Source of the DNA: Lama guanicoe
Taxonomy: Eukaryota
DNA length: 64,000 bases
Assembly (NCBI GenBank): GCA_013239625.1
Contig: MU054120.1
Span: forward strand, 434,001-498,000
Reading direction: 5' to 3'
Part shown: positions 50,148 to 63,105 of the stretch, piece after piece
Numbering within the stretch: the first letter of the stretch is position 1
Layout: every line of letters begins with the position of its first letter
Notes under the pieces: model-generated
The model's database searches: none
Seen by the model: only the letters and a program-made list of their open reading frames with translations
Told to the model about the DNA's origin: nothing
Translations under genes and position numbers: made by a program

Positions 50148-50771
50148 GTAAGTCAGGCACACATCTTCCTTAAGCTTGAATTCAGTAAGCGTGACTTTTA
50201 TGGAGGTATATCAGGTAAGGCTCTCTGAAAGGTGGTTTCTGCAGTTGATTATTTTTTATGAAAGTCAGAGTGTATATGCCAAAATATGCCCAAGAGTTTA
50301 GGAATATTTGATGTGCATATGTATTTTTCCTGATTTCTGTTCATCTTTTTTTTGGTGATTTTAAAAGTAAAGATGGTGATATGAAATCAAAGCAAGAAAA
50401 TAATTGTCCACTAATCATATGGTATAATCAGAATTTTCTAAACTGGTCTTGGGAAGTATTTAGATTTTCTTTTAAAGCCAAGTTATTTAGAAAAGATAAT
50501 TGTGATCATGGCTTCATAAATAATGGGTGATTATTCCCCAAACCGTCAACCAGTGCATACCTGAAGAGTCCTTAGTCTAGCCTCTATTAGGTAGCAATGA
50601 AAACATCAAGCCAAATGAAGTCAACGGTTTCAGTCAGAAGGAAAAAGTGAGCAACAGTTTTTCAAGGTTCAGACGTACTGACACCAGAAATATGGCAGCA
50701 TTCGAAATGAGTATTAGTGACCCATTATTTAATCTGTATCTAAGAAACTTATCTTTCTTTTCCTAAGGTGG

Positions 50772-51556
50772 CTTTCTTTTATTTTTTATTGAAATATAGT
50801 TGATTTATAATGTGTTAATTTCTGTTGTACAGCATAGTGATTCAGTTAAGCACATGCATGTATTCGTTTCCATATTCTTTTTCAATATAGGTTGTTACAA
50901 GCTACTGAATATAATTCCCTGTGGTATACAGTAGGACTTTGTTTATCTATTCTGTTCATAGTACTTTGTATCTGTTAATCCTAAACTCCCAATTTATCCT
51001 TCCTGCCCCTTTCCCGTTTGGCAACCATAAGTTTGTTTTCTATGTCTGTGAGTTTCTGGTTTGTAAATAAGTTCATTTTTGTCATTTTTTAGATTCCACG
51101 TAGAAGTGATATCATGATATTTGCCTTTCTATGGCTTACTTCACTTAGTATGATAATCTCTAGGCCCATCCATGTTGCTGCAAATGGTATTATTTCACTT
51201 TTTATGGCTGAGTAGTATTCTGTTGCAACATTGAACATCGCTTCATGTGCTTATTGGCCATCTGTATGTCTTCATTGGGGAAATATTTATTTAGGTCTTC
51301 TGCCCATTTTTTGATTGGGTGGTTTGGTTTTGTTTGTTTGTTTGTTTTAAGTTGTATAAGCTGTTTGTATATTCTGGAAATTAAGCCCTTGTCAATTACA
51401 TTGTTTGCAAATATTTTCTCCCATTCTGCAGATTGTCTTTTCATTTTGTTTATAGTTTCCTTTGCTATGCAAAAGCTTTTACGTTTAATTAGGTGCCATT
51501 TGTTTATCTTTGCTTTTACTTCTGTTGCCTTTGTAGACTGACCTATTAACCTAAGA
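50772..51556 (-). mobile_element. 5'-truncated cetartiodactyl-type LINE-1 with an internal deletion
   Basis: ttttttattgaaatatagttgatttataat 3' end. The minus [17 protein letters not shown]...[28 protein letters not shown] is L1 ORF2. Confidence 0.92.
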
Positions 51557-51773
51557 AATACCTTTCAAGATAGTCAGAAGGGTGGCGCAGTTCTGAGAAC
51601 TATAAACTCATGAGAAATTGGGATAACACTTTAAGATGAGAGATGTGATTAGAAGCTGTATTTTTACAGAGCAGATTCTCTATCCAGAGTTCAAGCATTT
51701 ATTATTTTTGAACCTTTCCTGAGGAACAGCTGTGTGCAAGGCATGCTGTCAGGCACAAAGGGGAGTGCCAGCA

Positions 51774-51829
51774 GGAAGGACAAACGTGGGGGTTTAGGAG
51801 GCTGGAAGGACAAACGTGGGGGTTTAGGA
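51774..51829. repeat. Tandem duplication, 30-bp period
   Basis: ggaaggacaaacgtgggggtttagga occurs exactly at 51774 and 51804. Confidence 0.95.
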
Positions 51830-52319
51830 ACACTCATCCAGAAATGATTCATTGTTTTTGGTAATGACAAGTGCGGAATCCCAATAGTTCCCTTTGAATC
51901 ATCCAATTTGTAACACCTGCCAATCAGAGTCGATCATAATCAGTTATTAGGCTTTTTCTGTCAATGTCCCCAGGGTAGTAAAAACCAGAGTTGGATGTCC
52001 TTGAGATGCTAATTGAGAAGTTTATGTTTATTATTATTATCAGAAATATTGTCAACAACTACAAACCCTACCAGACTAGAGTTCAAATTCTTCACAGTGC
52101 AGCTTCGACTAATTAGCTGATGTGTAAGTAAGATTCAAACCCATAGCATCATCAGGCTAGTTTCACCAGGCTTGAGTGTTTTATCAGTATTTCTCTGAGT
52201 GGTTCTTAGTCTTCACATATACAGCTCATCACATAGAACTATGGCAAGCTCAAAATTGTGTCCATTGGTCAATGTTAAGAGCTCATAACCTTCTGCACAT
52301 ACATTTTTCCTTGTTAGTT

Positions 52320-52815
52320 TCATTTTTTGTAATTGTAGTGAAATACACATGACTCTATCATTTTAACCACTCTAAAATATGCACCTCAGTAGCATTAAAT
52401 ACATTCCAAATGCTGTGTAACAACCACCATTATCTAGTTCCCGAACTTTTTCATTATCACAAATGGAAACTCCATGCCCATTATCTGTCACTCCTTACTC
52501 CCCTCTCCTCCCAGCCCCTGTCAACTGCTCATCTGCTTTCTGTCTTTAGTCCTATAAAGATCGTGTAGTATGTGACATGGTTTCTTTCACTTAGCAAGTT
52601 TTCAAGGTTCATTTATGTCATAGCAGATATTAACACCTCAGTTCTTTTTATGCCTGAATAATATTCCATTGTATGTTCCACATTTTGGTACTCATTCATT
52701 AGTTGGACATTTGGATTGTTTCCATTCTTTTGATTGTTGTAAATCATACTGCTATGAACACTCGTATACAAGTTTTTATTTGAATACCTTTTTTCAGTTA
52801 TTTTGGGAAAATCCT
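52320..52815 (-). mobile_element. Older L1MB-like 3' UTR (host element; resumes at ~56145-56215)
   Basis: gtagcattaaatacattc...cccagcccctgtcaactgc...gaataatattccattgtatg...ttttgggaaaatcc, continuing as gttgagtcatatg...gccaaactgtt. Confidence 0.8.
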
Positions 52816-52828
52816 TAAGACTAGAATT

Positions 52829-55800
52829 TTTTTATTGAAGTATAGTTGATTTTGGTGTACAGCATAGTGATTTAGTTTTATATATATATATACACATACA
52901 CACACATATATATATATAAATATTCTTTTTCAGTATAGGTTATTACAGGATATTGAATATAGCTCCCTGCACTATACAGTAGAATCTTGTTGTTTATATA
53001 TAGTAGTTTCTATCTGCTAATCCCAAACTCCTAATATGTCTCTACCCACCCTTCTCCATTTGGTAACCATAAGTTTGTTTTCTATGTCTGTGAGTCTTTC
53101 TGTTTTGTAAATAAGTTCATTTGTATCATTTTTTTTTGATTCCACATATGAGTGATATATGGTATTTGTCTTTGTCTGACTTACACTTCACTTAGTATGA
53201 TAATCTCAAGGTCCATCCATGTTGCTGCAAATGGCATTATTTCCATCTTCTTTATGGCTTAGTAGTATTCCATTGCACACATATACCACATCTTCTTTAT
53301 CCACTCACCTACCTATGGACATTTAGATTGCTTCCATGTCTTGGCTATTGTAAATAGTGCCATGAACATTAGGGTACATGTATCTTTTCCAATTAGAGTT
53401 TCCTCTGGATATATGCCCAGTAGTGGGATTGCTGGATCATATGGTAAGTCTATTTTTAGTTTTTTAAGGAACTTCTACACTGTTTTCCATAGTGGCTGCA
53501 CCAGTTTACATTCCCAGCAACAGTGTAGTAAGGTTCCATTTTCTCCATACCCTCTCCAGAATTTATTGTTTGTGGACTTTTTAATGATGGCATTCTGACT
53601 AGTGTGAAGTGATACCTCACTGTAGTTTTGATTTGCGTTTTTCTAATAATTAGCGATATTGAACATTAATTCTTGTGCCTATTGGCCATCTGTCTGTCTT
53701 CACTGGAGGAATGACTCTTTAGGTCTTCTGCCTGTTTTAGCAACTGGGTCGTCTTTTTTGTTATCATTGTTATTGAGTTGTATGAGCTGTTTGTATATTC
53801 TGAAAATGAAGCCCTTGTCAGTTGCACTGTTTGCAAATATTTTCTCCCAGTCCATAGGTTATAATTTGGTTGATAGTTTCCTTTGCTATGCAAAAGCTAA
53901 TAAGTTTGATTAGGTCCTATTTGTTCATTTTGCCTTTATTTCTGTTGCTTTGGGAGACTGACCTAGGAAAACATTGCAACAATTTATGTCAGAGAATGTT
54001 GTGCCCATGTCTCTTCTAGAAGACTTATAGTGTCCTGTCTTACGTTTAAGTCTTTAAGCCATTTTGAGTTTATTTTTGTGTATGGTGTAAGGGAATGTTG
54101 TAACTTCATTGATTTACATGCAGCTTTCCAGCTTTCTCAACACCACTTGCTAAAGGGACTGTCTTTTCTCTGTTGTATATTCTTGCCTCCTTTGTTAAGA
54201 TTAATTGACCGTAGGTGTGTGGGTTTATTTCTGGGCTCTCTGTTCTGTTCCATTGATCCATATGTCTGTTTTTGCACCAATACCATGGATGACTGTAGCT
54301 CTGTAGTATTGTCTGAAGTCTGGGAGAGTTATTCCTCCAGCTTTGTTCTTTTTCATATGTATAGCTTTGGCAATTCTGGGTCTTTTTTGATCCCATATAA
54401 ATTTTAGGATTATTTGTTCCAGTTCTGTGAAAAATGTCCTGGGCAATTTGATAGCAATCACATTAAATCTGTGGTTTGCTTTGGCAATTTTGACAATATT
54501 AATTCTTCCAATCCAAGAGCATGGGGTTTCTTATTATTTCTTTAAATCATCTTTAACTTCTTTTATAATATTTTATAGTTCGCAGCATATAAATCTTTCA
54601 CCTCCTTGGTCAGGTTTATTTCTAGGTATTTTATTCTTTTGATGCAATTTTAAAAGTGATTATTTTTACTTTCCCTCTCTGATATTTCATTGCTAGTGTA
54701 AGCAAATGTAACAGTTTTCCATAAGTTAATCTTGAATCCTGCTAGCTTGCTGAATTTATTTTTCAGTTCTAGTAGTTTCTGTGTGGAGTCTCTAGGGTTT
54801 TCTATATATAATGTCATCTGCATATAATGACAGTTTTACACCTTCCTTTCCAATCTGGATCCTTATTTCTTTTGCTTGTCTGCTGTTCGTAGGACTTCCA
54901 ATACTGTGCTGAATAGACGTGGTGAGAGCAGGCATCCTTGTCTTGTTCCAGATTTTAGCAGGAAGACTTTCATCTTTTCACCATTGAGTGTTATGTTGGC
55001 TGTGGGTTTGTCAAAAATAGCTTTTATTATGTTGAGACATGTTCCCTCTATACCCACTTTGGTAAGAGTTTTTATCATAAATGGAAGTTTTGAATTTTAA
55101 ATGCTTTTTCTGCATCTATTAAGATGATCATGTGAATTTTGTGTTTTGTTTTGTGGATGTGGTGTATCACATTGATATTTTGTGTATGTTGAACCATCCT
55201 TGTGACCCTGGGATGAATTCAACTTGATTGTGCATATGATCTTTTTATGTGTTGTTAGATTCAGTTTGCTAATATTCTGTTGAGAATTTTTGTATCTATA
55301 TTCATCAGAGATATAAGCCTGTAATTTTCTTTTCTGGTAGTGTCTCTGTGGGATTTTGGGATCAGGGTGATGGTGGCTTCATAGAATGAGTTTGTGAGTG
55401 TTCCCTCTTCTTCAGTTTTTTGGAAGAGTTTGAGAAGGATCGGTGTAAGTTCTTCGTATGTTTTGTAGAGTTCCCACGTGGAGCCATCTGGTCCTGGACT
55501 TTTGTTTGCAGGGGGTTTTTTGGTTTGTTTTTTATTATAGATTTGTATTTCACTTCTAGTTACCAGTCTGTTCAAATTATGTATTTCTTCTTGATTCAGC
55601 TTTGGTAGGCTGTATGTTTCTAGAAACTTGTCCATTTCTTCTAGGTTGTCCAATTTGTTGGCATATAATTGTTCACAGTATTCTCTTGTGGTTTTTTGTA
55701 TATCTGATACAAAGATATATATATTTCTCCTCTTTCAGTTCTTCTTTTGTTTATTTGTGTCCTTGCTCTTTCCTTCTTGGTGACCCTCGCCAGAGGTCTG

Positions 55801-55951
55801 TCGATTTTGTTTACTCTTTCAAAAAACAACCTCTTGGTTGAATTGATTGCCTTTTAAATCTCTATTTTATTTCTTTCCTTCTGATGACTTTAGGTTTTGT
55901 TTGCTCTTCTTTTTCTAATTCTTTCAGGTGGTAGATTAGGTTGTTTTGAGA

Positions 55952-55984
<33 letters not shown>

Positions 55985-56131
55985 GAGGAAGGCCTGTATC
56001 CCTATGAACTTCCCTCTTAGGACTGGTTTTGCTACATCCCATAGGTTTTGTGTGGATGTGTTTTCATTGTCACTTGTCTCAGGTATTTTTTAATTTCCTC
56101 TTTGATTTGATCATCGACCCATTAGTTTTTC
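52829..56131 (-). mobile_element. ~3.3 kb 5'-truncated LINE-1 (3' part of ORF2 with RT region plus 3' UTR), with TSD
   Basis: ORF fragments [22 protein letters not shown]...KSPGPDG...[15 protein letters not shown]...[33 protein letters not shown]...[11 protein letters not shown] and [22 protein letters not shown] taagactagaatt (52816-52828) / taagagtagaatt (56132-56144). Confidence 0.95.
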
Positions 56132-59100
56132 TAAGAGTAGAATTGTTGAGTCATATGTCTAACTGTACTGAGATATTGCCAAACTGTTAGTAAACAGTAG
56201 TTGTACCGTTTCACTTCAGTACATGTATTTTTAAATATAATTCTCAAAACGTCCCTATGAGGTAGACAAAATTACTGTGCTAGTAAGATGGCTGAGGCTT
56301 GAGAACTTGGGTGGTGCCTTTGGGCGAGTATATTACCTATAATTTGTTGGTTTCCTGACTAAACTTGGAGCTCATCAAACATCAGTCTGAGTCCATGAAA
56401 ACACAGACAGGAAAACATCTCTCATCACTATTTTCTCCTGGGCACAAAGACGAATTGTAGCTTTATGTTGACATTTATTTTGTTGTTGCTGTAAACTGAA
56501 TTAAATGTTTCCAGTCCAACTTCCTGTTTTCTCTCAGTTTAACTCACTTCCTGTCACCAAGGTTGGCACATAGTTGATTTGTATAGTGCACCCATTCATT
56601 CATTCATTCATAGGCAACAAACACCTTATTTGACAACCTTGCAGTATAATAGCTGAATATTCACTGAAACTTTCATCCAGTTCCATAGTCTCTGCTCTAA
56701 AATTTTTACCTAATTTGCAAAACAAGGGAGTAGTTGTGATCTGTATGTTTATTTATTGAAAAGGAGAACCTAGTGATTTCAGAAGGAAGGAAATATCCTT
56801 GAGACTAAAATGCAGACATCAAGATGAATGTTGTCATTCTAGACCCCAAGCCTCAAAGTCCTACCGTTGTATTAAAGATAAAAGTACCCACAGGCCGCAG
56901 TGGCATACTCCCTAGGAATGTCCCTTACGGAATTTCAGAAGTCTCCGAGTGTCACTTGTGGACACTTCTTTTATGTGTCTCCCCGCGTTTTATATGAACT
57001 TCAAACATCCTAGGCACACTAAAGAATTGCCTTAGCTCAATGTGCATGTCACAGAGCTCTTGAAAATACATCTAATCTTGTGGGGAAGAATCCAAAAACT
57101 CTTCTACTCCTTGTATAATACGTAAAGCTAGTGTGGTTATAGAAAATCAGGGGAATATTAATCACATTTACACAAAGATTTCTAGGGTGTTGAATATTCC
57201 TATGAGAAATAATATAGAGAGAATTTCTTAAAGCTAGAGATTAAAGAATGGTTTTAATACAGTGAGGTACAGGAAAGTGGAAAACATTATACAGTTAAAA
57301 GTACATGTTTAGTATTTGAACAGGCAGCACATTATTTCAGTTGATTTTCCTGCAACCCATTTTTAGTAGGTACTCTGAAAATAACCAGGCACTGTATTAG
57401 GCCCTCTACGACACTGCCTCATTTCATATGCTCATACATGATGAGGTATATAATCGTTATTAAATATTCATATGACTATGTGTATGTATCCATTTATTTC
57501 ATAGTGATGTCCCACATAAAAAAATATTAGTATTAACAAAGTATCAGCACATTAACAACAAATGTTTTATTGTTTTATGCTGAAGCAGGTAAACTGAAAC
57601 GTGGTCGCTAGGTCTGTGTAAGTTTCACTCAGTGCTGAATTTTCATCAAGTGGTGATTTATGCTTGTTCCAGATGAAAGCGATGGCTTTTTCAATAGTTC
57701 AAGACAGAGCTTTGAAAAGGTGGTGGGATGTAATCTGAAGATGGAAGAGCTGGGCTGTTTGATGCTACAGCATACTGATAACACCTTCCTGAAAAAAATA
57801 TCACCTGGCTCTGAGAGACACTTGATGTAAAAAAAAAAAAAAAAAAGGCAAAGGTGAGGGCATAGACACTGGATCTCACTTAACAAAACAGATACCGCGC
57901 TAGTTTGGCTTCCTATGTATGTGGCATTTTCAGTGAGCTCCACATGGGGTCTTTTTGTACCAAGTCTGCATAATCAAGCCCATTGTTAGCCAATTTTAGA
58001 GGGAAATTAGTCTCATCCTATAAATGGATTACTCTGTTCACTTCAGTCTGTGCTGAAGCGCTATCATGCATTCTCTCTTTTACTCTGCGTGATTCGTTGA
58101 ACATTTTGTGGACTTGTTTACTACAGAGAATGAAAAGGTTACTTGTGAAGTTGGCTTTAGAAGGATCCAGGTGAGGACCAGCAATGAAAAGACTTAATTA
58201 CATTTCTCAGTAATCCTCACCCCACCAGGATCACAGATGTAGGGAAAGTAGTACCAAAAATGAAATCTCTGCAGACATCACACATACCGAGGGAGCTGAG
58301 AGACTTCCCCAGAAAACCTAGCAGGTAATGGTGAAATACCTTTGAATGACATGCTGATAACTTACAGCATGGTGGAGGAAGAAGGCACTGTTTCATACTG
58401 TGAGGGTGTTAAGATTTTCAGCAGGAATGCAACAATTAAATATGTGAGTTTCTTTAACACGGACATTCTGAATATGCCTATGTTTTTAAGTTAACTATAT
58501 AAATTGTCATTTACTTTTTGAAATAATCGTATTCAATGGAATAGAAAAGATAAAGAATGTGTTTTTAATACTTCCAGTGCCATCTATTGGCTGTTGTTGA
58601 ATTTGTTGTTCAATGTTAAGCAAAGACATACCAACTCTTGCCAGGTCAGGAGGAAGACGTTTCACACAGTCAAGATAAAAACACATCCAGTTGAATGTTT
58701 GAAGGATTATAAACATTACAGTGTGCCTCTGAAATCTTATGTATCAAATATATTATCTGATTTGAAATACACATGAGAAGTAAACAGAAATAAACAAAAA
58801 TACAAATACTTTAAATACTCTAGACTCACAAAGATCTAGTAGATTATATTTAATACCATATACAGAATATTTCACTTATGTCATAAGCAAAATAAAACAA
58901 AGGAGTCTTCTTTATATAATGAATAATTTCCTAAAAGCCTTGTAGCTTTTACAAACACAATGTTAATCTTTTTTGTCATTGAAAGCATAAAGAAAGCTAT
59001 TTTGTGTCACAAAAACAGCTTAATTAATAGCATTTTCTCTTGATGCAAGGATCAGAAATGAACAGAGAAAAGACCATGAAGCAGGTTTTTAAAGATGTCT

Positions 59101-60744
59101 TTTCTAAAGCTCCCTTTTCACACGTGTGTAACAATTGTTGGATTAAATGACTTGAACATTCAAATTAAAGAACATCAATTAATTAGTGTCAGGTGAAATT
59201 GTTTTCTCATTCAATTTTGCAAGCCCCGCTCACTGAATAATGAAGAGTTAAGCCTAGAAAAAAGAAAGCCACACTTCTAAAGTTTGGCTTTTTTTTTTTC
59301 TCATAATGAGTACTTTCACACATTTATGATCTATAAAAGCTCTCATTGAGAGAGGAGCAGGGAAGAGAAGGGAGAGAAAGAGAAATATTGGGACAAATTT
59401 GTAGTCATGATGTACTTGAAAATAATTTTCTTACGGTATAGTGAATTTTTAAAATGTCTACTTTTTTGATCCCCCTCACACACCTCACTTTTGGCTTACA
59501 AATTTGTATGTAGTTTTTAGCATTATATTTTTATATAACCACTGTAATGCACACTTTCGCAGGTTTCTGCCTTATTAATTGACCACTTATTACAAAACTT
59601 TATACAGTTTTATAGTGAGGTGAAATACACATTTGAAGTCAAATATAAAAGACAAATTTAATGGTTAGTTTTCCAACATATGAGCTATTGTTACTGTTCT
59701 CAGTCCTTTTTACTTTTTTGTATTTCAATGGTGGCTCCAGTTTTACCAAAGAAATAACGTCCTCACAGCATCTGAAGGATTTCCTGGGTGATAATTTCTG
59801 TAATCCAAGTCTATTCAAAATCAAGCCCCATTTCCAATATTTCTTGTATTCAAGTAGATTGCTTTCATATATGGAAGACAGATAACACAGAATTTTCCAT
59901 GGTCAGTGCCACCGATTTTTTTCAGGAGAGTTAGGCAATGAAACGTACAAATGCGACTGTGAAAGCTATGTAGGTACTTGACTCTCGTCTGTAATTTAGA
60001 AAAGCTGGGACTGATTCTCACTTTCTGTTTCCCTCCAAGGACATCTCTTACATAATCAGAGGTCTTTCTGATCTTACATCTACTCAATATTCAGATAACA
60101 CATCAGTAAAATTGGTGCAGCTGTCTGCTTGAAAATAAACAGAACACTTAAAAATCAAAGCCCCCAAAACACACTAGAAAAAAAGGGCTTTCCTATTTTA
60201 AAATAACATTTGCCTTTTCTGTAATGACCTCCTTGGTCATGGCTTACATTGGCTCTCCAAGGTGGTCATTCTCCAGAGAACTGGTTTACAGTCTGGTAAG
60301 CTCATGACATCCTTAAAAGATGAGGCTCAGGATGTGAGATGATTCAGCATTGTTCAGGAACTTGCCTGCATTTGGCCCATTAAAAATTAATATAGCTCAG
60401 AATATAATGGGAGTTCTTATCAATAGATTGCTATTTAAGTGCTATTTGTGTACACATCCTGACAAGAAACTAAGTACGTATGCTGGGATCAATTTAGATA
60501 AGAAAACTAAGAGATTAAAAGAAAGAATCTAGTTGAATTAATGTTTTATACAAGTGAGAGAGAAAGGCACATGCACCAGTGTTTGTGCATTTCAAAGTTC
60601 ACGGCGGAGATCTGCTTGGTGTTTTACATCAATATGTCTCCATGTTCTAACTAAATAGAAATCCGATTGAAGATGCAACTGTCTTGCAGGGAACCAAGCA
60701 GTAGCAGCTACACACGCTTTGTCCCCTCTGTCAATCTGTAATGA

Positions 60745-60985
60745 TTAAGAATCTGAGCTCTGGAAGCAGATTGCTTGGGTTTAAATCCCTAGTCTGACAC
60801 TTATCTCCTGTATAGAATTGGGCAAATTACAAAAACCCTCAGTGTCAGTTTCTTTATGTGTAAAATAAAAATAATACTTCTTACAACTGTGAAAAGGTCA
60901 TGTATGATGGTACCTTTAAGGCGCCTGTCATAGAACTTGCTACACAGAGGACGTATTTAACAAATTTTAGCCAATGTTATAGAAG
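60745..60985. mobile_element. MIR SINE
   Basis: gctctggaagcagattgcttgggtttaaatccctagtctgacactta...gggcaaattac...cagtttctttatgtgtaaaat. Confidence 0.75.
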
Positions 60986-62969
60986 ATTCAAAATTACTCG
61001 GTTAAAAAAAAAAGAAAAGAAACTGTGATGTATTTTAAGAGGAAATAAAGAGTGGGCCACAATAAAAATTGGATCCCAACCTACCTAAAGCTTTCAGTTC
61101 AGCTTTGTGACTCTCAGTTGAGAAAGACACAAACTCATTTGTATTTTGGCTCCTTACCGTAGCATGAGCAGAGGCGTAATGAACACAGCTGGCTTCAGAC
61201 CTGTAACCAGCACCCTGGATGGTCAGGATAAAGGCATTTGCTGAATGCACAGGTGTCCTGTGTCATAGGAGCCTATGAAATCAATGCTTTTCCCCTTGGG
61301 GCAGCCCTAGTGGCACCACTGTGACCCCTTTACCTACAACAGGAAGGACACCCTTACAACGCTGAGGGCATCTCCCTAGAAGACCCTCTGTCAACACGCA
61401 TACGCCAAGGTCAGCCCCTCTGGTGACTGTCAGACTCCCTGGATCATGAAGGGTTTAACTTTATCTTAAAAATCTTCGAATAACCAAAATGAGGAGACCA
61501 GAACTGAAAGAAAGATATTGAGAGAGGAAGAGAACAGGAGGATGGGAATTCAGAGAAAGTGTGAAATGCAGAGGCAGAAAGTAAGAAGGGAAAAAAGGTT
61601 GTAGCCACAGGACAGCCAGCGCACAAGAGGAGAAGGAAGAGAAGAAACAGAGGGGAAGGGAAGGCAGGCGGAGAGAAGGAGCGGGAGGAAGCTTGTTCTG
61701 GAAACCAGATGAAGTTGCACAGAGACAGCACATTCATTTCTGCCTGGCAACACTCTTCTGACCACTGCTCATCCTCGCTTTTGTGCCTGATGGTGTTAAG
61801 CATTTTAACTTATGTATTCTGTACAGCAACTGTAGGAGGTAGGTAGGTACCATTATGATTACTGTGTTTATAGTTGGGAACACAGGTGCAGAAATAATAA
61901 GCAACGGGAAGAAACACCAGTGTTTCTCTTTCCCTTACAGCTAATAATCAGCTCTGATCACCCTCCAGAGGTTGTATCCTATTGAAGAAACCCCAAGCGC
62001 TCTCATTTAAGCCCATCCTTGACCATTAAACTAAACAGTCGATGCACCATAGAAAACCAGATTCTCAGGTCTGATGTTTTGTAGTGTGATCAATTACTCT
62101 GTCTCGATCAGCTTATAAATGAGACCTATAGGTCTCATCTTATTCATAAACATGCAACCATTGGATATTTAAAATGTTTTTGAAAGTGTTGAAACTAACA
62201 TCATTCTATTCAATTAAGAGACATGAAACGTAGCATATAGATGAATAAAAAGCTTAAATACTGTTTTTCTAAGGAATATTTAAAAATCTAATCCTTTTCT
62301 TATTTTAGGCCAACCTTATTTTCTCCTCATCCTTCTGGTAGGCACTGTATGTGGCTAGCTTAAGCATTACACCTACCATTAGTAATTAATATTCAACTGA
62401 AAAACATTGTCCAGAAAAACCCAAACTTGAAAACTATTTTTGGAATAGAAATTTTGAAGAGAATATTTTCAGCTTTTCCATTATGTAGCATTTCAATAGT
62501 GTTTAGAATTTGAAATGCATTTTGCAAGTTTTTTAAATTTCCACAATACCATTGTGAAGAAAGTAGGTGGTGTGCATTGTGTGACGACAATTAGCTACCA
62601 GTGGAATATTTTAAATTACATTTTATGGATAATAGTTTCAAACTGGTTATTATTAAAAGATAAATTAAAGTTTATGTGCTAAGCTCTCAACCAAGAGAGT
62701 ATATTGATAACTTGAGACTATATTGTTATGATTGGTATTTAGATTTTGAGGATAAACAATCTCATGATATGAAAGTAGGATAATCTGGGACCTTAAGCTT
62801 CAGCACAACAAGAATTTCTCTCAGCGTAGCTTTAGCTCTGCAATGCTAAAGCAAGCTTACCAAATATTTCTGAGGGTATACAATATATATATTTGAGCTG
62901 ATAAAATTATAACTAATTGGTAGTAGGAAAGGGAAAGAAGGAGTAGGAGGAAGAAGAGCAAAAAGGAGA

Positions 62970-63105
62970 ATTACTTTAGGTTACAGAGCATTTTTAAGAT
63001 ACATTATCACCTAAAATTCCTATGAAATGGATATTATTTTATTTCTGTTTTACAGATAAGGACACTGACGCCCAAATTTTAAGTGAGTTACCTAACTCAC
63101 TTAAA
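62970..63105. mobile_element. MIR core fragment
   Basis: attattttatttctgttttacagataaggacactga...taagtga. Confidence 0.6.

Noticed and set aside
53341..55841. Many 60-130 aa ORFs on both strands
   Set aside because: They are broken L1 ORF2 fragments and their antisense frames; the element is truncated and inactive.
59661..59885. 74-aa ORF with a signal-peptide-like hydrophobic N-terminus
   Set aside because: The hydrophobicity follows from T-rich sequence, and I see no recognisable homology, promoter or splice context.
61444..61803. Overlapping minus ORFs
   Set aside because: A low-complexity GA-rich tract lacks stop codons on the opposite strand.
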